Positions 1-9,935 are shown, counted from the stretch's first letter. The stretch: DNA of 64,000 nt from Candidatus Paceibacter sp. (GCA_020724865.1 DYGA01000002.1:12032-76031); one strand, 5' to 3'. The notes: generated by a model not told the origin, from the sequence alone. Numbers and translations: made by a program.

Positions 1-2871
1 ATCAAACAAAAAGCTGAGGATCCAACACGATATGGATATCGAACTCCAGAACTGAATTATCTTGTAAGAATGGCGGAAAAAAAACCAAAAGAAGTTGCAG
101 ATATAATGCTTTCAGTGGTTATTTCAAAAGATAATTTTAATCCCGAAGTTATCGACCAATTTTTGAGAATTTGCAGTTCTTTGCCAGCAGAGCAATTAGC
201 GAGAATAGTACCGAAAATTCGCGATGAGGGCTGGGTGCAACTGATGAGTATATTTAATCAATGGGGTTTTGAGTATGAAAAAATATTCCAAACGCTTGCC
301 GTCGCTAAGGACTATGAGAGTATTTTGACTCTCGCCGAAGCGGTGCTTGCCGTAAAGACAAAAGAAGAATATAAGCAAACTTCTCATGGTTATTTATCGG
401 ACAATCCTTTTTATTTCACTGACCTTTCATATACAAAAGTCTTTGAATGTTTAGTGGCTGTAGACGATCAATATCTTGAAAAGGCATTGGAAATTACAAC
501 AAGAGTGATGGCGACAATCGTGCTTTTGGGCGAAGATGCCGAGAAAAATGAAGTGTTTCAGATTCATGAACCTTTTTATCTTTTTGATGTTGATTTCTTT
601 TCTTTGGAATTGGGCGATGAAAAACATCATTCAGACCGAGAAAACGTCAAAGATTTAGCGGCAACCATTAAAGCACTTACTCGAAGATTAATTGGTAACA
701 ATTGCGACAAATCAGAATTGATTAAAGAGGTTTATAAAAAATATATTCAAACTCTACCAGAAAGCAGGTCGATGTGGCGACTGCGTCTTTTCGTTTTGAG
801 TTTGTGCCCAAGCACCTTTCAAATAGAATTGAGACAATCTTTCTCAAGATTATTTGAGGTGATGGATGTTGGTAAGCATTATTACGAAATTGAATCTGGA
901 ACAGAATATAAGAAAGCCCTTAAACAGAGCTTTAGTGTTTTGGATTCTACTTATCAACGTGAATATGTTTCTAATGTCTTTAAGCATTTCGGGCAAAGCC
1001 GTGAAGACAAAAAAGAGGAACAATGGTATAAGCGTGATGGCTGGCAGATTCTTTCCAGTATTTGTGATTCTTTAATTCAAGAAGAAAAAGAAGATTGTGA
1101 AAAAGTATTTGGTAAAAAATGCGATCCTGCTTTTGAACCCGAACCGTCCATTGGGAAAATAGTGAGTGGTTTTGTAAAGCCGAGAGCCGCAATTTCTCAG
1201 GAAGAATTTGGTAAACTTTCCATTGCTGATATTGCCAAAAAATTAAGAGAAGATTGGAAACCAGAAGCTTTAAGGAAAAAGAATACAAGCGATGATTTTT
1301 TGTATCCTCTGAATGCCGAAGGCGTTGGAGAACAATTACGTGCTGATATTGCTAAACGATTACAGGACTATGTTCAAAACGCTAATTTATTCTTTGAGAG
1401 AGATGTTCTTGATGAGCATTATACCTATTCCTTCTTTCGGGGTGTTCAGGAAGCTATACGTTCCGATAAAACAAAGGCAGCAAGTGCCCAGTGGGATAAG
1501 CTGATTGAAACTTTTGTTGCTATTAAGAATTCGGGAACTATAAAAGCCTTTGATCATAAAATCAGAGAGCGAGAAAAATTTGATGCCTGGCTTTCAAGTT
1601 GGACTGGTGTGCACTCTGCGATGACCGATATTTTACAGGAATTATTGAATGAAACTGAAGGGAAAATCATTATAGATTTTCCAAAATATCGCAACCAGCT
1701 TTTTGAGACTATAAGCTATCTTTTAGCGTATCCTGACCCAGAACCGCAAGATGAGGAATTGAAAACAGCAATCATGAAGACCCACGCTCCTGGCAATAAA
1801 GAAGAGTATTTTGTTAGCGATCCATTTACGATGGCAATCAATACAGTACGCGGTCGCGCGTTCCAGGCTTTTGTATTATTTGTTTACCAAGACGGAAAGC
1901 AATTCAAAAAAGAAGATAAAATTAAAATTGCTTCTGATGTAAAAGAGTTATATGAGGAAGTTTTAAGAAAAGAGAACACTCGCGCCTTGATGTTTATGTT
2001 CGGTCACTATCTGCCTTCTTTTTACTTTCGTGATATAGAATGGACTCACAAACTTTTACCTCAAATCTTTCCAGAAGAAACAACTAAAAAACATCTTTAC
2101 CTGGCTGCCTGGGAGGGTTATCTTACTAATAATCTTTACGAGGAGATATTCTTCGATCCAGAATTTCAAAAATTATACGAGAGAGGATTAGTTTTGACTG
2201 GCAGTGAAGATCCAAAACGCAAATATTTCAAAAAACCAGATGAAGGAATCGCTATTCATTTGGCGTTGGCATTTGTTGTCTATCACAAAAAATTTGGATT
2301 TGACCACCCTCTTTTTGAGAGATTCTGGAAACAAAATACTGAACGACAAAGCGAATTCATTAGTTTTATTGGGCGGATGTTTGTCTCTGGTGATAACGCT
2401 CGTGTAAATGAGCAGTTGAAAAAAGACCCAGAAATTAAAAAGAGATTAACTGAATTCTGGGAATGGTTGCTTAAGAATTATAATGACCCGAAACTATTTG
2501 TTGAGTTTGGATTTTGGGTGAATCTTGAGAAAAAAATTTTTGAGCCAGTTTGGCTGGCTAAACAAATAAAGGCGACCTTAGAAAAAACTAAGGGAGTATT
2601 GGAATTGGATTATGCTCTCACCAAGTCTATTAACGAATTGGCTAAAGCCGCGCCCAAAGATACATTGGAAATCGCCCGTTTGTGCTTGTTTGAAGGCGGG
2701 GTACGTGACGGTAAAATGCGCATGCTATTTATGTACTACGAGGAATGGTTTGAGGCAATCAAAATTCTCTATGAAAATATCGAAACAAAAGACGATACTT
2801 ATAAACTTATCAACGATTTGATTCGTGAAGGAGGGAGTACTTTTTGGAAATTAAAAGAGGTTATAAACTAA
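1..2871 (+). CDS. Large helical hypothetical protein, 5'-truncated by the window edge (island gene)
   Basis: Frame is open from base 1 through the ATG at 70; no motif recognised; sits directly upstream of an Mrr-type nuclease; codon usage looks less AT-biased than the rest of the window. Confidence 0.75.
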   Translation: MKQKAEDPTRYGYRTPELNYLVRMAEKKPKEVADIMLSVVISKDNFNPEVIDQFLRICSSLPAEQLARIVPKIRDEGWVQLMSIFNQWGFEYEKIFQTLAVAKDYESILTLAEAVLAVKTKEEYKQTSHGYLSDNPFYFTDLSYTKVFECLVAVDDQYLEKALEITTRVMATIVLLGEDAEKNEVFQIHEPFYLFDVDFFSLELGDEKHHSDRENVKDLAATIKALTRRLIGNNCDKSELIKEVYKKYIQTLPESRSMWRLRLFVLSLCPSTFQIELRQSFSRLFEVMDVGKHYYEIESGTEYKKALKQSFSVLDSTYQREYVSNVFKHFGQSREDKKEEQWYKRDGWQILSSICDSLIQEEKEDCEKVFGKKCDPAFEPEPSIGKIVSGFVKPRAAISQEEFGKLSIADIAKKLREDWKPEALRKKNTSDDFLYPLNAEGVGEQLRADIAKRLQDYVQNANLFFERDVLDEHYTYSFFRGVQEAIRSDKTKAASAQWDKLIETFVAIKNSGTIKAFDHKIREREKFDAWLSSWTGVHSAMTDILQELLNETEGKIIIDFPKYRNQLFETISYLLAYPDPEPQDEELKTAIMKTHAPGNKEEYFVSDPFTMAINTVRGRAFQAFVLFVYQDGKQFKKEDKIKIASDVKELYEEVLRKENTRALMFMFGHYLPSFYFRDIEWTHKLLPQIFPEETTKKHLYLAAWEGYLTNNLYEEIFFDPEFQKLYERGLVLTGSEDPKRKYFKKPDEGIAIHLALAFVVYHKKFGFDHPLFERFWKQNTERQSEFISFIGRMFVSGDNARVNEQLKKDPEIKKRLTEFWEWLLKNYNDPKLFVEFGFWVNLEKKIFEPVWLAKQIKATLEKTKGVLELDYALTKSINELAKAAPKDTLEIARLCLFEGGVRDGKMRMLFMYYEEWFEAIKILYENIETKDDTYKLINDLIREGGSTFWKLKEVIN

Positions 2872-2877
2872 AATCAT

Positions 2878-3582
2878 ATGCAAATTAATTTTTGGGAAAT
2901 AATTAAAAGTTCGTTGTCTATCTTGTGGACACTGTGGCCGCTTTGGGCAGTTTTGTTGGCAATTGTTGTTATTAGGTTATTCTTTTATTGGCTTGATTTG
3001 GAGATAGATAATTGGCACATTCGCCGAAAATTCAGAAAAGGAGAAAAATGGCGCTCGGATCGTGATTTGTTGCAATGGCTTCGTGGCATGAAGCCATCGG
3101 AATTTGAAGATTATATCGCTGATTTGTTTTCGCGGCTTGGCTACAAAGCAAAAGCAGTTGGCGGATCGCATGACGGAGGCGTCGACGTTGTTATTGAAAA
3201 AGACGGAGTAAAAAGCTACATCCAATGCAAGAAGTTTATAACATCAGAAGTAACAGTCGGCGATGTCAGAGATTTCTATGGCGCTTTGGCTGACCATATT
3301 GCCAACGGAAAGGCATATTTTATTACCACAAATAAATTTACACTTGAAGCTGAGAAGTTTGCTGAGGATAAGCCAATTGAACTTATAGACGGATACAAAC
3401 TTATTCGGTATATCAAAATGGCTAAAAAGGACAAAGATGAAATAAAGGAAACTCCTCAGGTTTGCCCCCGCTGTGGCGGAAATTTAGTGAAAAGAACTGG
3501 CAAGTTTGGAGTATTTTACGGATGTTCTAACTATCCGAAATGTGATTATACGATTAATCAGAACAAAAAAACATTTTTATGA
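2878..3582 (+). CDS. Mrr-family restriction endonuclease with N-terminal TM helix and C-terminal topoisomerase-type C4 zinc ribbon
   Basis: EFEDYIADLF...DGGVDV...YIQCKK Mrr catalytic motif; CPRCGG...GKFGVFYGCSNYPKC zinc ribbon. Confidence 0.9.
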   Translation: MQINFWEIIKSSLSILWTLWPLWAVLLAIVVIRLFFYWLDLEIDNWHIRRKFRKGEKWRSDRDLLQWLRGMKPSEFEDYIADLFSRLGYKAKAVGGSHDGGVDVVIEKDGVKSYIQCKKFITSEVTVGDVRDFYGALADHIANGKAYFITTNKFTLEAEKFAEDKPIELIDGYKLIRYIKMAKKDKDEIKETPQVCPRCGGNLVKRTGKFGVFYGCSNYPKCDYTINQNKKTFL

Positions 3583-3905
3583 AAGAAAGTATCAAGCAAA
3601 AATTAAAGTTAAGGTTAAAAATGGCAGGGTTTATATTATCTTTAGTGGGTTGGTTTTTGCTTGTTGTTGTCCCGCTTGAATTTGCGGGAATCAATCTCTC
3701 TGGCTTAGAAGGTTTTGTTGAAACATCAGCTTTTAAGTGGGGATTAAAAATCTTTGTTATTATTGCCCTTATCTTTTTGATTAAGGGTCAGAGTATTGTT
3801 GAGGGCATCATTGAAAAACATAATTGGCTAAAGTTGACTCTGAAAATAATTTTCTGGGGCGGTGCAATTGGCTGGATTGTTGGACTGGGAAGTTTGTTAA
3901 TCTGA
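3579..3905 (+). CDS. Small membrane protein (3 TM)
   Basis: ATGA overlap with the upstream gene; three hydrophobic segments. Confidence 0.7.
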   Translation: MKESIKQKLKLRLKMAGFILSLVGWFLLVVVPLEFAGINLSGLEGFVETSAFKWGLKIFVIIALIFLIKGQSIVEGIIEKHNWLKLTLKIIFWGGAIGWIVGLGSLLI

Positions 3906-4027
3906 GAAATAGTAAGTAGTATGGCGAAATAGTCTATTTCTCGGCAAAGCCCCTCAAATCTGGAATGTGAATATATTCAGTTTGCCGCTGAATTATCGTT
4001 CTAACGCTGTTCACAATGTTGAGCCAT

Positions 4028-4060
4028 AAAAAAATAATGAACTTAGGTTCATTATTTTTT
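4028..4060. terminator. AT-rich perfect inverted repeat, likely terminator at the island end
   Basis: AAAAAATAATGAAC-TTAG-GTTCATTATTTTTT. Confidence 0.6.
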
Positions 4061-4113
4061 TGTTTGTTATTGGTAATTTTTTTAAAACTTTTAATTTTTT
4101 TATTTAAAAATGG

Positions 4114-4142
4114 TTGACAAAATCGAAAAAATGTGCTATACT
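4114..4142 (+). promoter_or_regulatory. Sigma70 promoter with extended -10
   Basis: TTGACA-17-TATACT, TG before the -10. Confidence 0.8.
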
Positions 4143-4217
4143 ACTAAGTTATTCAAGTTAAAATAGCACATTGAAAATTAAATAGTTATTAAAAAATAAT
4201 ATAAAAAGGAGCTAGTA

Positions 4218-5342
4218 ATGAACTGGTATCACAAAGTACTTATTATTTTGGTGGTTGGATTATTTATATTTATCCATCAAGATGTATTGGTACAAAATTA
4301 CCGTGATAATTCGCCAGTTCTATCTAGCGAAGAAATCACGAAGCTTGAACAGCAAGTAGCACAGATTAGTGCAACTGCTACTCAAGATATTAAGTCTGGG
4401 ACGTATAGCCCCGCAAAGTGGCAACAGCATGTCTACTTTTTGCAAACACAAGTTTTGCAAAAATTTGGTGGTATCTATAGCCGAGAAAAGTTTTTTGTTG
4501 AAGCTGGTAGAATTCTTGATTATACAATCAAGAATTATTATGAGCCTAGATCGAATGATCCAGTTAAAGGATTATTGTTTCAACAAGAAATAAATAGTGC
4601 TCAAGCCAAAGTTTTGCATGAGAACAACGTGACAGTAGACTGGTCAAAATTTGTTTCCAGCATTTGGAGTTTTTATTTATCATTTTTGCCCTACACCTTA
4701 TTAATCATCTTGATTAGAAGGTCGGTTATTTATAAATTAAAATTCCACTCAGCTGGCGATGTTGCAGTTGTCATACTTAGTACCTTTAGCATTATTGGTA
4801 TTTTTGTTTATAAGCCCAAAAGCTTATTACAAAAAACAATAGATGCTGAACTCAAAGTTTGGCAGGAGAAAATCGGTACAAAAGGCTGGAGATTAGCTCT
4901 GGCTTATACATTGGCAATTATATTTGCCATCGGTACTATACTTCGTCCCGCCAAGGTCTACGCGCAAGAATTTTTCAAGGAAAGGGTAGTAATTACCCAA
5001 ATGGTGGAATTAGATTCGGAAGATGAATCTTTAGAATTTAATTTAGCAATTGTGGCAATATTGCAAAGATATTTTGTGGAAACAATCAGAGCAATTCAGA
5101 AATTTATATTTCTGTTTTTCTCCCCGATGTTCATTCTGTTGAATATCCCGCCGCCACGGAGTTTCATTTTTGTTTCTTGGCAAACGCCAAGAGACAAAAT
5201 AGTATTATCTAAAATGATAGTTGGCTGTAGAACTCCTAGTGTTTTGTTTCAGTTTAACTTAATTAACCGAAACAATAAAAAACACAAAGGAATTTACAGT
5301 GAAAAATATCATTTTAATATTATTAATTTTTTTGGCCGCTAA
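4218..5342 (+). CDS. Hypothetical multi-TM membrane protein
   Basis: Long ORF, AAGGAG SD, several hydrophobic segments; 3' end overlaps the next gene by 44 nt. Confidence 0.7.
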   Translation: MNWYHKVLIILVVGLFIFIHQDVLVQNYRDNSPVLSSEEITKLEQQVAQISATATQDIKSGTYSPAKWQQHVYFLQTQVLQKFGGIYSREKFFVEAGRILDYTIKNYYEPRSNDPVKGLLFQQEINSAQAKVLHENNVTVDWSKFVSSIWSFYLSFLPYTLLIILIRRSVIYKLKFHSAGDVAVVILSTFSIIGIFVYKPKSLLQKTIDAELKVWQEKIGTKGWRLALAYTLAIIFAIGTILRPAKVYAQEFFKERVVITQMVELDSEDESLEFNLAIVAILQRYFVETIRAIQKFIFLFFSPMFILLNIPPPRSFIFVSWQTPRDKIVLSKMIVGCRTPSVLFQFNLINRNNKKHKGIYSEKYHFNIINFFGR

Positions 5343-6111
5343 TGGCCAAATATTTTCTCAGGATTTAACAATTACCCGCAAATATGCCGGTGTAATCTAT
5401 ACCGGAGTAATTGATCAAAAGATAAATATCAACAGCAATGTTGATTATATGTTTGGTTTAGAAACCAAGTATACATTATTTAAGGATAATGATTTATTTT
5501 TTAGATCACGTTACTCAAATCCTGATGAAAGTCTTGGTAGCTTTTGGTACGAGTCAAATTTTTCCGAACTTAAGATTAAGGTCGGTTATATTGCCAGACA
5601 AATCACTCTTACTAGACCTCATCCAATCGGCTCAGGTGGACACTTTGAACCTTTCCCTTACGGAAAAATTCCTGGTGGCGCTCCGGGCGTAGATGTTTCC
5701 TTAAATGGTAAAGAGTGGTCAGTGGGGTTAGGTTATTCCTACAATTCTCAAAAACAAGTCAGTGAAGCAAATTTTGGTGTTGGCTTCAAAGATGAAGATT
5801 TAGAGATAAGAGGTGGACTGGTTTATAGCCAGTTATACCAAGGAGTAGCCGGTCAGGTAATATACCAAAAAGTAAAGCTGATGTGCTTTTTTGAATCAGA
5901 CTCCCTACTAACGAATTTTTTGTTTATCAGTGGCCCTATAAACGGCTACTTAGGATCAAGCTATGATCACAAAGAAAAAGATTGGGAAAGAGTGGAGTTT
6001 GGTCTGACAAAAAATTTATCAGCATCTTACGGTTTAAGTGGGGTAGTAGCTAGTGGATATGATCCCTTAAATAAAAAAATAATAATTTATTTTTGGGTTT
6101 ATATCCAATAA
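5299..6111 (+). CDS. Secreted beta-strand-rich hypothetical protein (beta-barrel-like)
   Basis: GTG start, signal peptide MKNIILILLIFLAANGQIFS/Q, alternating Gly/aromatic strands, C-terminal IYFWVYIQ. Confidence 0.7.
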   Translation: MKNIILILLIFLAANGQIFSQDLTITRKYAGVIYTGVIDQKININSNVDYMFGLETKYTLFKDNDLFFRSRYSNPDESLGSFWYESNFSELKIKVGYIARQITLTRPHPIGSGGHFEPFPYGKIPGGAPGVDVSLNGKEWSVGLGYSYNSQKQVSEANFGVGFKDEDLEIRGGLVYSQLYQGVAGQVIYQKVKLMCFFESDSLLTNFLFISGPINGYLGSSYDHKEKDWERVEFGLTKNLSASYGLSGVVASGYDPLNKKIIIYFWVYIQ

Positions 6112-6158
6112 TTAACATATTTTTCCAACTTTCAAATAAGAAAGGAGGTAAAAAATTC

Positions 6159-6187
6159 GAGTCGTCTTAAAAAAGACGACTCTTTTT
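6159..6187 (+). terminator. Intrinsic terminator
   Basis: GAGTCGTCTT-AAAA-AAGACGACTC-TTTTT. Confidence 0.8.
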
Positions 6188-6191
6188 ATAT

Positions 6192-6237
6192 TTGACAATT
6201 TTTTTTAATTTGTTAATATATCAATATTGATTGATAT
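6192..6237 (+). promoter_or_regulatory. Promoter with overlapping ArsR/SmtB-type operator
   Basis: TTGACA at 6192, TAATAT at 6214; inverted repeat ATATCAA-N6-TTGATAT at 6218-6237 directly upstream of arsR. Confidence 0.7.
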
Positions 6238-6261
6238 TTATAATATTAAATTATAGATTAT

Positions 6262-6567
6262 ATGAATTTTAATTGTTGTAAGACTAAAAAATCAAAAGAA
6301 GATTTAGAAAAAATTACAAAATTTTTGCAAGTAATTGCCGAGCCAAATCGGTTAAAAATTTTGTGTATTTTGCGAAAAAAAAGTTTATGTGTTTGTGATA
6401 TCTGGGAATATTTGGATTTACCTCAAAATTTAGTTTCTCATCATTTAAAAGTATTAAAAGATCAAAAATTGGTATTGGCTAAAAGAGAAAGTACTAAAAT
6501 TATTTATACAATTAATCCATCTGTAATAGATGAAAATATTTCATTATTAAACTTATTTATTAAATAA
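6262..6567 (+). CDS. arsR: ArsR/SmtB family metal-responsive repressor
   Basis: EPNRLKIL...LCVCDI...QNLVSHHLKVLK motif. Confidence 0.92.
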   Translation: MNFNCCKTKKSKEDLEKITKFLQVIAEPNRLKILCILRKKSLCVCDIWEYLDLPQNLVSHHLKVLKDQKLVLAKRESTKIIYTINPSVIDENISLLNLFIK

Positions 6568-6573
6568 AAAAAT

Positions 6574-6807
6574 ATGGTAATCAAAATTCTTGGTTCAGGC
6601 TGTCCCAATTGTTTAAAATTGGAAGCCAATGCCAAACAAGCTGTCGCAGAGCTTGGTTTAAAAGATATAAATATAGAACATGTATATGATTTTGAAGAAA
6701 TTTTAGAATATGGCGTTATGGCTACGCCAGCAATTGTGATTGATGAACAAGTAAAAGCAGCCGGAAGAATCGTGCCCGCCGAAGAAATAAAGACTTGGTT
6801 AAAATAA
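6574..6807 (+). CDS. Small thioredoxin-like redox protein (MTH895 type)
   Basis: ILGSGCPNC...YGVMATPAIVID. Confidence 0.9.
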   Translation: MVIKILGSGCPNCLKLEANAKQAVAELGLKDINIEHVYDFEEILEYGVMATPAIVIDEQVKAAGRIVPAEEIKTWLK

Positions 6808-6812
6808 AAAAT

Positions 6813-7925
6813 ATGAAAAAAGAATTAAAAATCATGGCGTTACTATTGGGTCTATTTTTACTGTTTTATTTTATGCCTCTGAATTCGGTATTATTTACTG
6901 ATGCTGTGTTCTCTGGTTTAGCCTTACTCAATGAATATGCTAGACAACATGTATTAACTTGCTTAGTGCCAGCATTTTTTATTGCCGGTGCAATTTCTGT
7001 ATTTGTTAAAAAAGATTTTGTTTTAAAGTATTTGGGCGGGCAAGCAAAAAAAATCGTTTCGTATTCTTTAGCTTCGGTATCTGGAGCAATTTTGGCGGTG
7101 TGTTCTTGTACTATATTGCCGTTGTTTGCCGGCATTAGGAAAAGGGGAGCAGGACTGGGCCCGGCAATTACTTTTTTATTTTCTGGACCGGCCATCAATA
7201 TCGCAGCTATGTTTCTCACTTTGTCAGTTTTGGGTTTGAATATTGGTTTAGCCAGAATTATTTCAGCTATTTTTCTATCTATCTTAGTTGGTTTGTCCAT
7301 GCAGTTAATATTTAGAGAAAAAACCGAAAACGGTAATCTTTTTATAGAACAAAGCAACCAACCTTCTTATGGTAAAATTACAGTTTTAATTTTTATGTTG
7401 ACTATGGTTGGTATTTTAGTGGTCAATGGTCTGCAGATCGGTGTAACGATTAAATACTTACTCATGGCAGGTTTAACGATAGTAGTGGCGATAATTGCTT
7501 TGACTAAATTCCAAAAACAAACTAACCACGAATGGCTCAAAGAAACTTGGAGTTTTACTAAAATGCTTTTACCAATTTTGTTTATTGGTGTATTTATAGC
7601 CGGGTTTATTATGCCGTTTTTACCAGAAAGTTTAATTGTTAAATTGGTTGGGACAAATTCAGTTTCAGGCAACTTAGTGTCTTCTATTTTTGGCGCTTTT
7701 ATGTATTTTTCTACATTGACAGAAATTCCTATACTACAGGCTTTAATTGCCAAAGGTATGAATCAAGGGCCGGCTCTTGCTTTACTTTTAGCTGGACCAT
7801 CTTTGAGCCTTCCCAATATGTTGGTGGTCAGGCGCATTTTGGGAAATAAAAAAACGGCTGTTTATGTTTTATTGGTTATATTTTACTCAACTATTGCTGG
7901 TCTTATCTTTGGTAGTTTAATATAA
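6813..7925 (+). CDS. ArsP/DUF318 family permease
   Basis: AVCSCTILPLF, FLFSGPAIN, LLLAGPSLSLP motifs; ATG at 6813 preferred over the listed 6795. Confidence 0.88.
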   Translation: MKKELKIMALLLGLFLLFYFMPLNSVLFTDAVFSGLALLNEYARQHVLTCLVPAFFIAGAISVFVKKDFVLKYLGGQAKKIVSYSLASVSGAILAVCSCTILPLFAGIRKRGAGLGPAITFLFSGPAINIAAMFLTLSVLGLNIGLARIISAIFLSILVGLSMQLIFREKTENGNLFIEQSNQPSYGKITVLIFMLTMVGILVVNGLQIGVTIKYLLMAGLTIVVAIIALTKFQKQTNHEWLKETWSFTKMLLPILFIGVFIAGFIMPFLPESLIVKLVGTNSVSGNLVSSIFGAFMYFSTLTEIPILQALIAKGMNQGPALALLLAGPSLSLPNMLVVRRILGNKKTAVYVLLVIFYSTIAGLIFGSLI

Positions 7926-7937
7926 AATAAAAATAAT

Positions 7938-9137
7938 ATGTATAAAAAAATTTTATTTCTACTATTTTTTGTTTCTTTATTGTTTATTCCTCAGCAAAAT
8001 GTTTTTGCCCAAGATTCATCTCAAACCAATATTTATTTTTTTTGGGGACAGGGTTGCCCTCACTGTGCTAAAGCTGAACCATTTTTGAAAAAACTTGATC
8101 AACAATACAGCGATGTCACTTTATATGATTTTGAGGTGTATTATAATCGTACTAACCAAAAATTATTACAAGAGGTGGGACGAACTTTGGGTATAAATAT
8201 TTCTGGCGTACCAGCAATTATTATTGGCGATCAGGCAATTATTGGTTTTAGTGAAACTATTACTCCCAGTGAAATAGAGCGGCGAGTAGAAATGTGTCAG
8301 CAGTTGGGTTGTCCTGATGAAATCGGTAAAATTTTAGGTATAGAAAAAAAAGAACCAATTGTTGAACCAGTGACAGAAAATATTAAATCTATCAAGATTC
8401 AAGTCCCTTTTTTACATGAGATTGAAACTAAAGATTTTTCTCTGCCAGTCCTGACAATTATATTGGGGGTATTGGACGGTTTTAATCCTTGTGCCATGTG
8501 GGTACTTTTGTTTTTAATCAGTTTACTACTGGGCATGAAAGATAAAAAGCGGATGTGGATTTTGGGCAGTGCTTTTATTATTGCTTCAGCTTTAGTTTAT
8601 TTTATTTTTATGGCCGCTTGGTTGAATTTAATAATTTTTTTAGGTTTTATAGTTTGGATCAGAGTATTGATTGGTTTGATAGCTTTGGCAGGCGGCGGAT
8701 ATAATTTGAAAGAATATTTTACCAACCCCGAAGGTGCCTGTAAAGTTACTAATACGGAAAAACGGCAAAAAGTTTTTACCAAATTGAAAGACATTACTCA
8801 ACAAAAAAGTTTTTATTTGGCTTTAGGCGGAATAATACTTTTGGCTTTTGCTGTCAATTTGGTAGAACTTGTTTGTTCAGCCGGGTTACCAGCTGTATAT
8901 ACTCAAGTTTTGGCTTTAAATGATTTAGCTAAGTGGCAATATTATCTATACATCAGTCTGTATATTTTGGTTTTTATGTTTGATGATTTATTGGTGTTTT
9001 TTGTGGCCATGACTACATTGCAGATAACTGGACTTACTACCAAATATACTCGCTACTCTCATTTAATCGGCGGAATTTTAATGGTAATTATTGGGTTATT
9101 GCTCATTTTTAAACCTGAAGCATTGATGTTTGGGTAG
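7938..9137 (+). CDS. Glutaredoxin domain fused to cytochrome c biogenesis/DsbD-like membrane domain
   Basis: GCPHC; LDGFNPCAMWVL; VELVCSAGLP. Confidence 0.85.
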   Translation: MYKKILFLLFFVSLLFIPQQNVFAQDSSQTNIYFFWGQGCPHCAKAEPFLKKLDQQYSDVTLYDFEVYYNRTNQKLLQEVGRTLGINISGVPAIIIGDQAIIGFSETITPSEIERRVEMCQQLGCPDEIGKILGIEKKEPIVEPVTENIKSIKIQVPFLHEIETKDFSLPVLTIILGVLDGFNPCAMWVLLFLISLLLGMKDKKRMWILGSAFIIASALVYFIFMAAWLNLIIFLGFIVWIRVLIGLIALAGGGYNLKEYFTNPEGACKVTNTEKRQKVFTKLKDITQQKSFYLALGGIILLAFAVNLVELVCSAGLPAVYTQVLALNDLAKWQYYLYISLYILVFMFDDLLVFFVAMTTLQITGLTTKYTRYSHLIGGILMVIIGLLLIFKPEALMFG

Positions 9138-9348
9138 TTTAAATTGTTTTTTTGATATTAAAAAAATGGTAAATTTATTATATGAGTAGAACAAAATTGT
9201 TTTACCATTATTTAATTTAATGGCGATTTTATTGATAAGAGGAGTAATTTGGTTTTTTGATGGCAATGGGATGATTTCTTGCAATTTATTAACAGAATAT
9301 AAATTTTCTGAAGATTTCTAAAATAGTAGCGTTCCAGTATAATAATTA

Positions 9349-9376
9349 AAAAATCTCGCTAGCTAGCGAGGTTTTT
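9349..9376. terminator. Hairpin with A/T tails immediately before the ABC fragment
   Basis: AAAAATCTCGCT-AGCT-AGCGAGGTTTTT. Confidence 0.6.
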
Positions 9377-9811
9377 CGTTTGCGCTATTTAGGATATGTT
9401 TTTCAAGATTATGCTTTATTGCCTGAATTAACTGCTTGGGAAAATGTGGCCGTGCCTTTATTAATGATGGGACAAAGCAAAGCACAAGCTTATGAAAATT
9501 CTGTAGCTGCCTTAGAACAAGTTGACTTAGCTGATAAAATAAACAATTTACCTTCTCAGTTATCTGGGGGACAGCAGCAGAGGGTGAGTATTGCTCGGGC
9601 GATTGCTCATAATCCCAAAATAATTTTTGCTGATGAGCCAACAGCTAATTTGGATAGTATTACTTCAAAAAATATTTTATCAGTTTTTGCAAAATTGCAC
9701 GAAGCTGGACAAACCATTGTAATGGTAACTCACGAGTTAGATTATGCTCGTACAGCCGGTAGAATAATAGAAATATCTGACGGCGTCATCGTATCAGATA
9801 AAAAAGCTTAA
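9377..9811 (+). pseudogene. 5'-truncated LolD/MacB-type ABC ATPase
   Basis: Q-loop (GYVFQ), LSGGQQQR, Walker B (IIFADEPT) and H-loop (VTH) present; Walker A and the N-terminal part missing; no permease partner. Confidence 0.85.
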
Positions 9812-9830
9812 ATGTTCTGAAACATGTTTC

Positions 9831-9874
9831 TTGACAGATTTTTTTATTTTTCATAAAATCCCTATATAGGGGAT
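9831..9874 (+). promoter_or_regulatory. Promoter with CsoR-type operator
   Basis: TTGACA-17-TAAAAT followed by near-palindrome ATCCCTATATAGGGGAT (C/G tracts). Confidence 0.75.
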
Positions 9875-9935
9875 ATATAAAAAATTATAAATTTTAAATT
9901 ATTAATTATAAATTACTAATTATTAAATAATAAAT

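Noticed and set aside
3975-4025. attC-like boxes (TTCTAAC ... GTTGAGC) at the island end
   Set aside because: Boxes are only about 12 bp apart, too short for attC; no repeated sites between the upstream genes and no integrase.
5130-5165. NIPPPR as a ribosome-arrest (RAPP-like) motif
   Set aside because: Does not match RAPP/RGPP and the ORF continues about 60 codons; too weak.
9096-9284. 62-aa minus-strand ORF
   Set aside because: TTG start, overlaps the upstream gene, no recognisable motif; at best a remnant.
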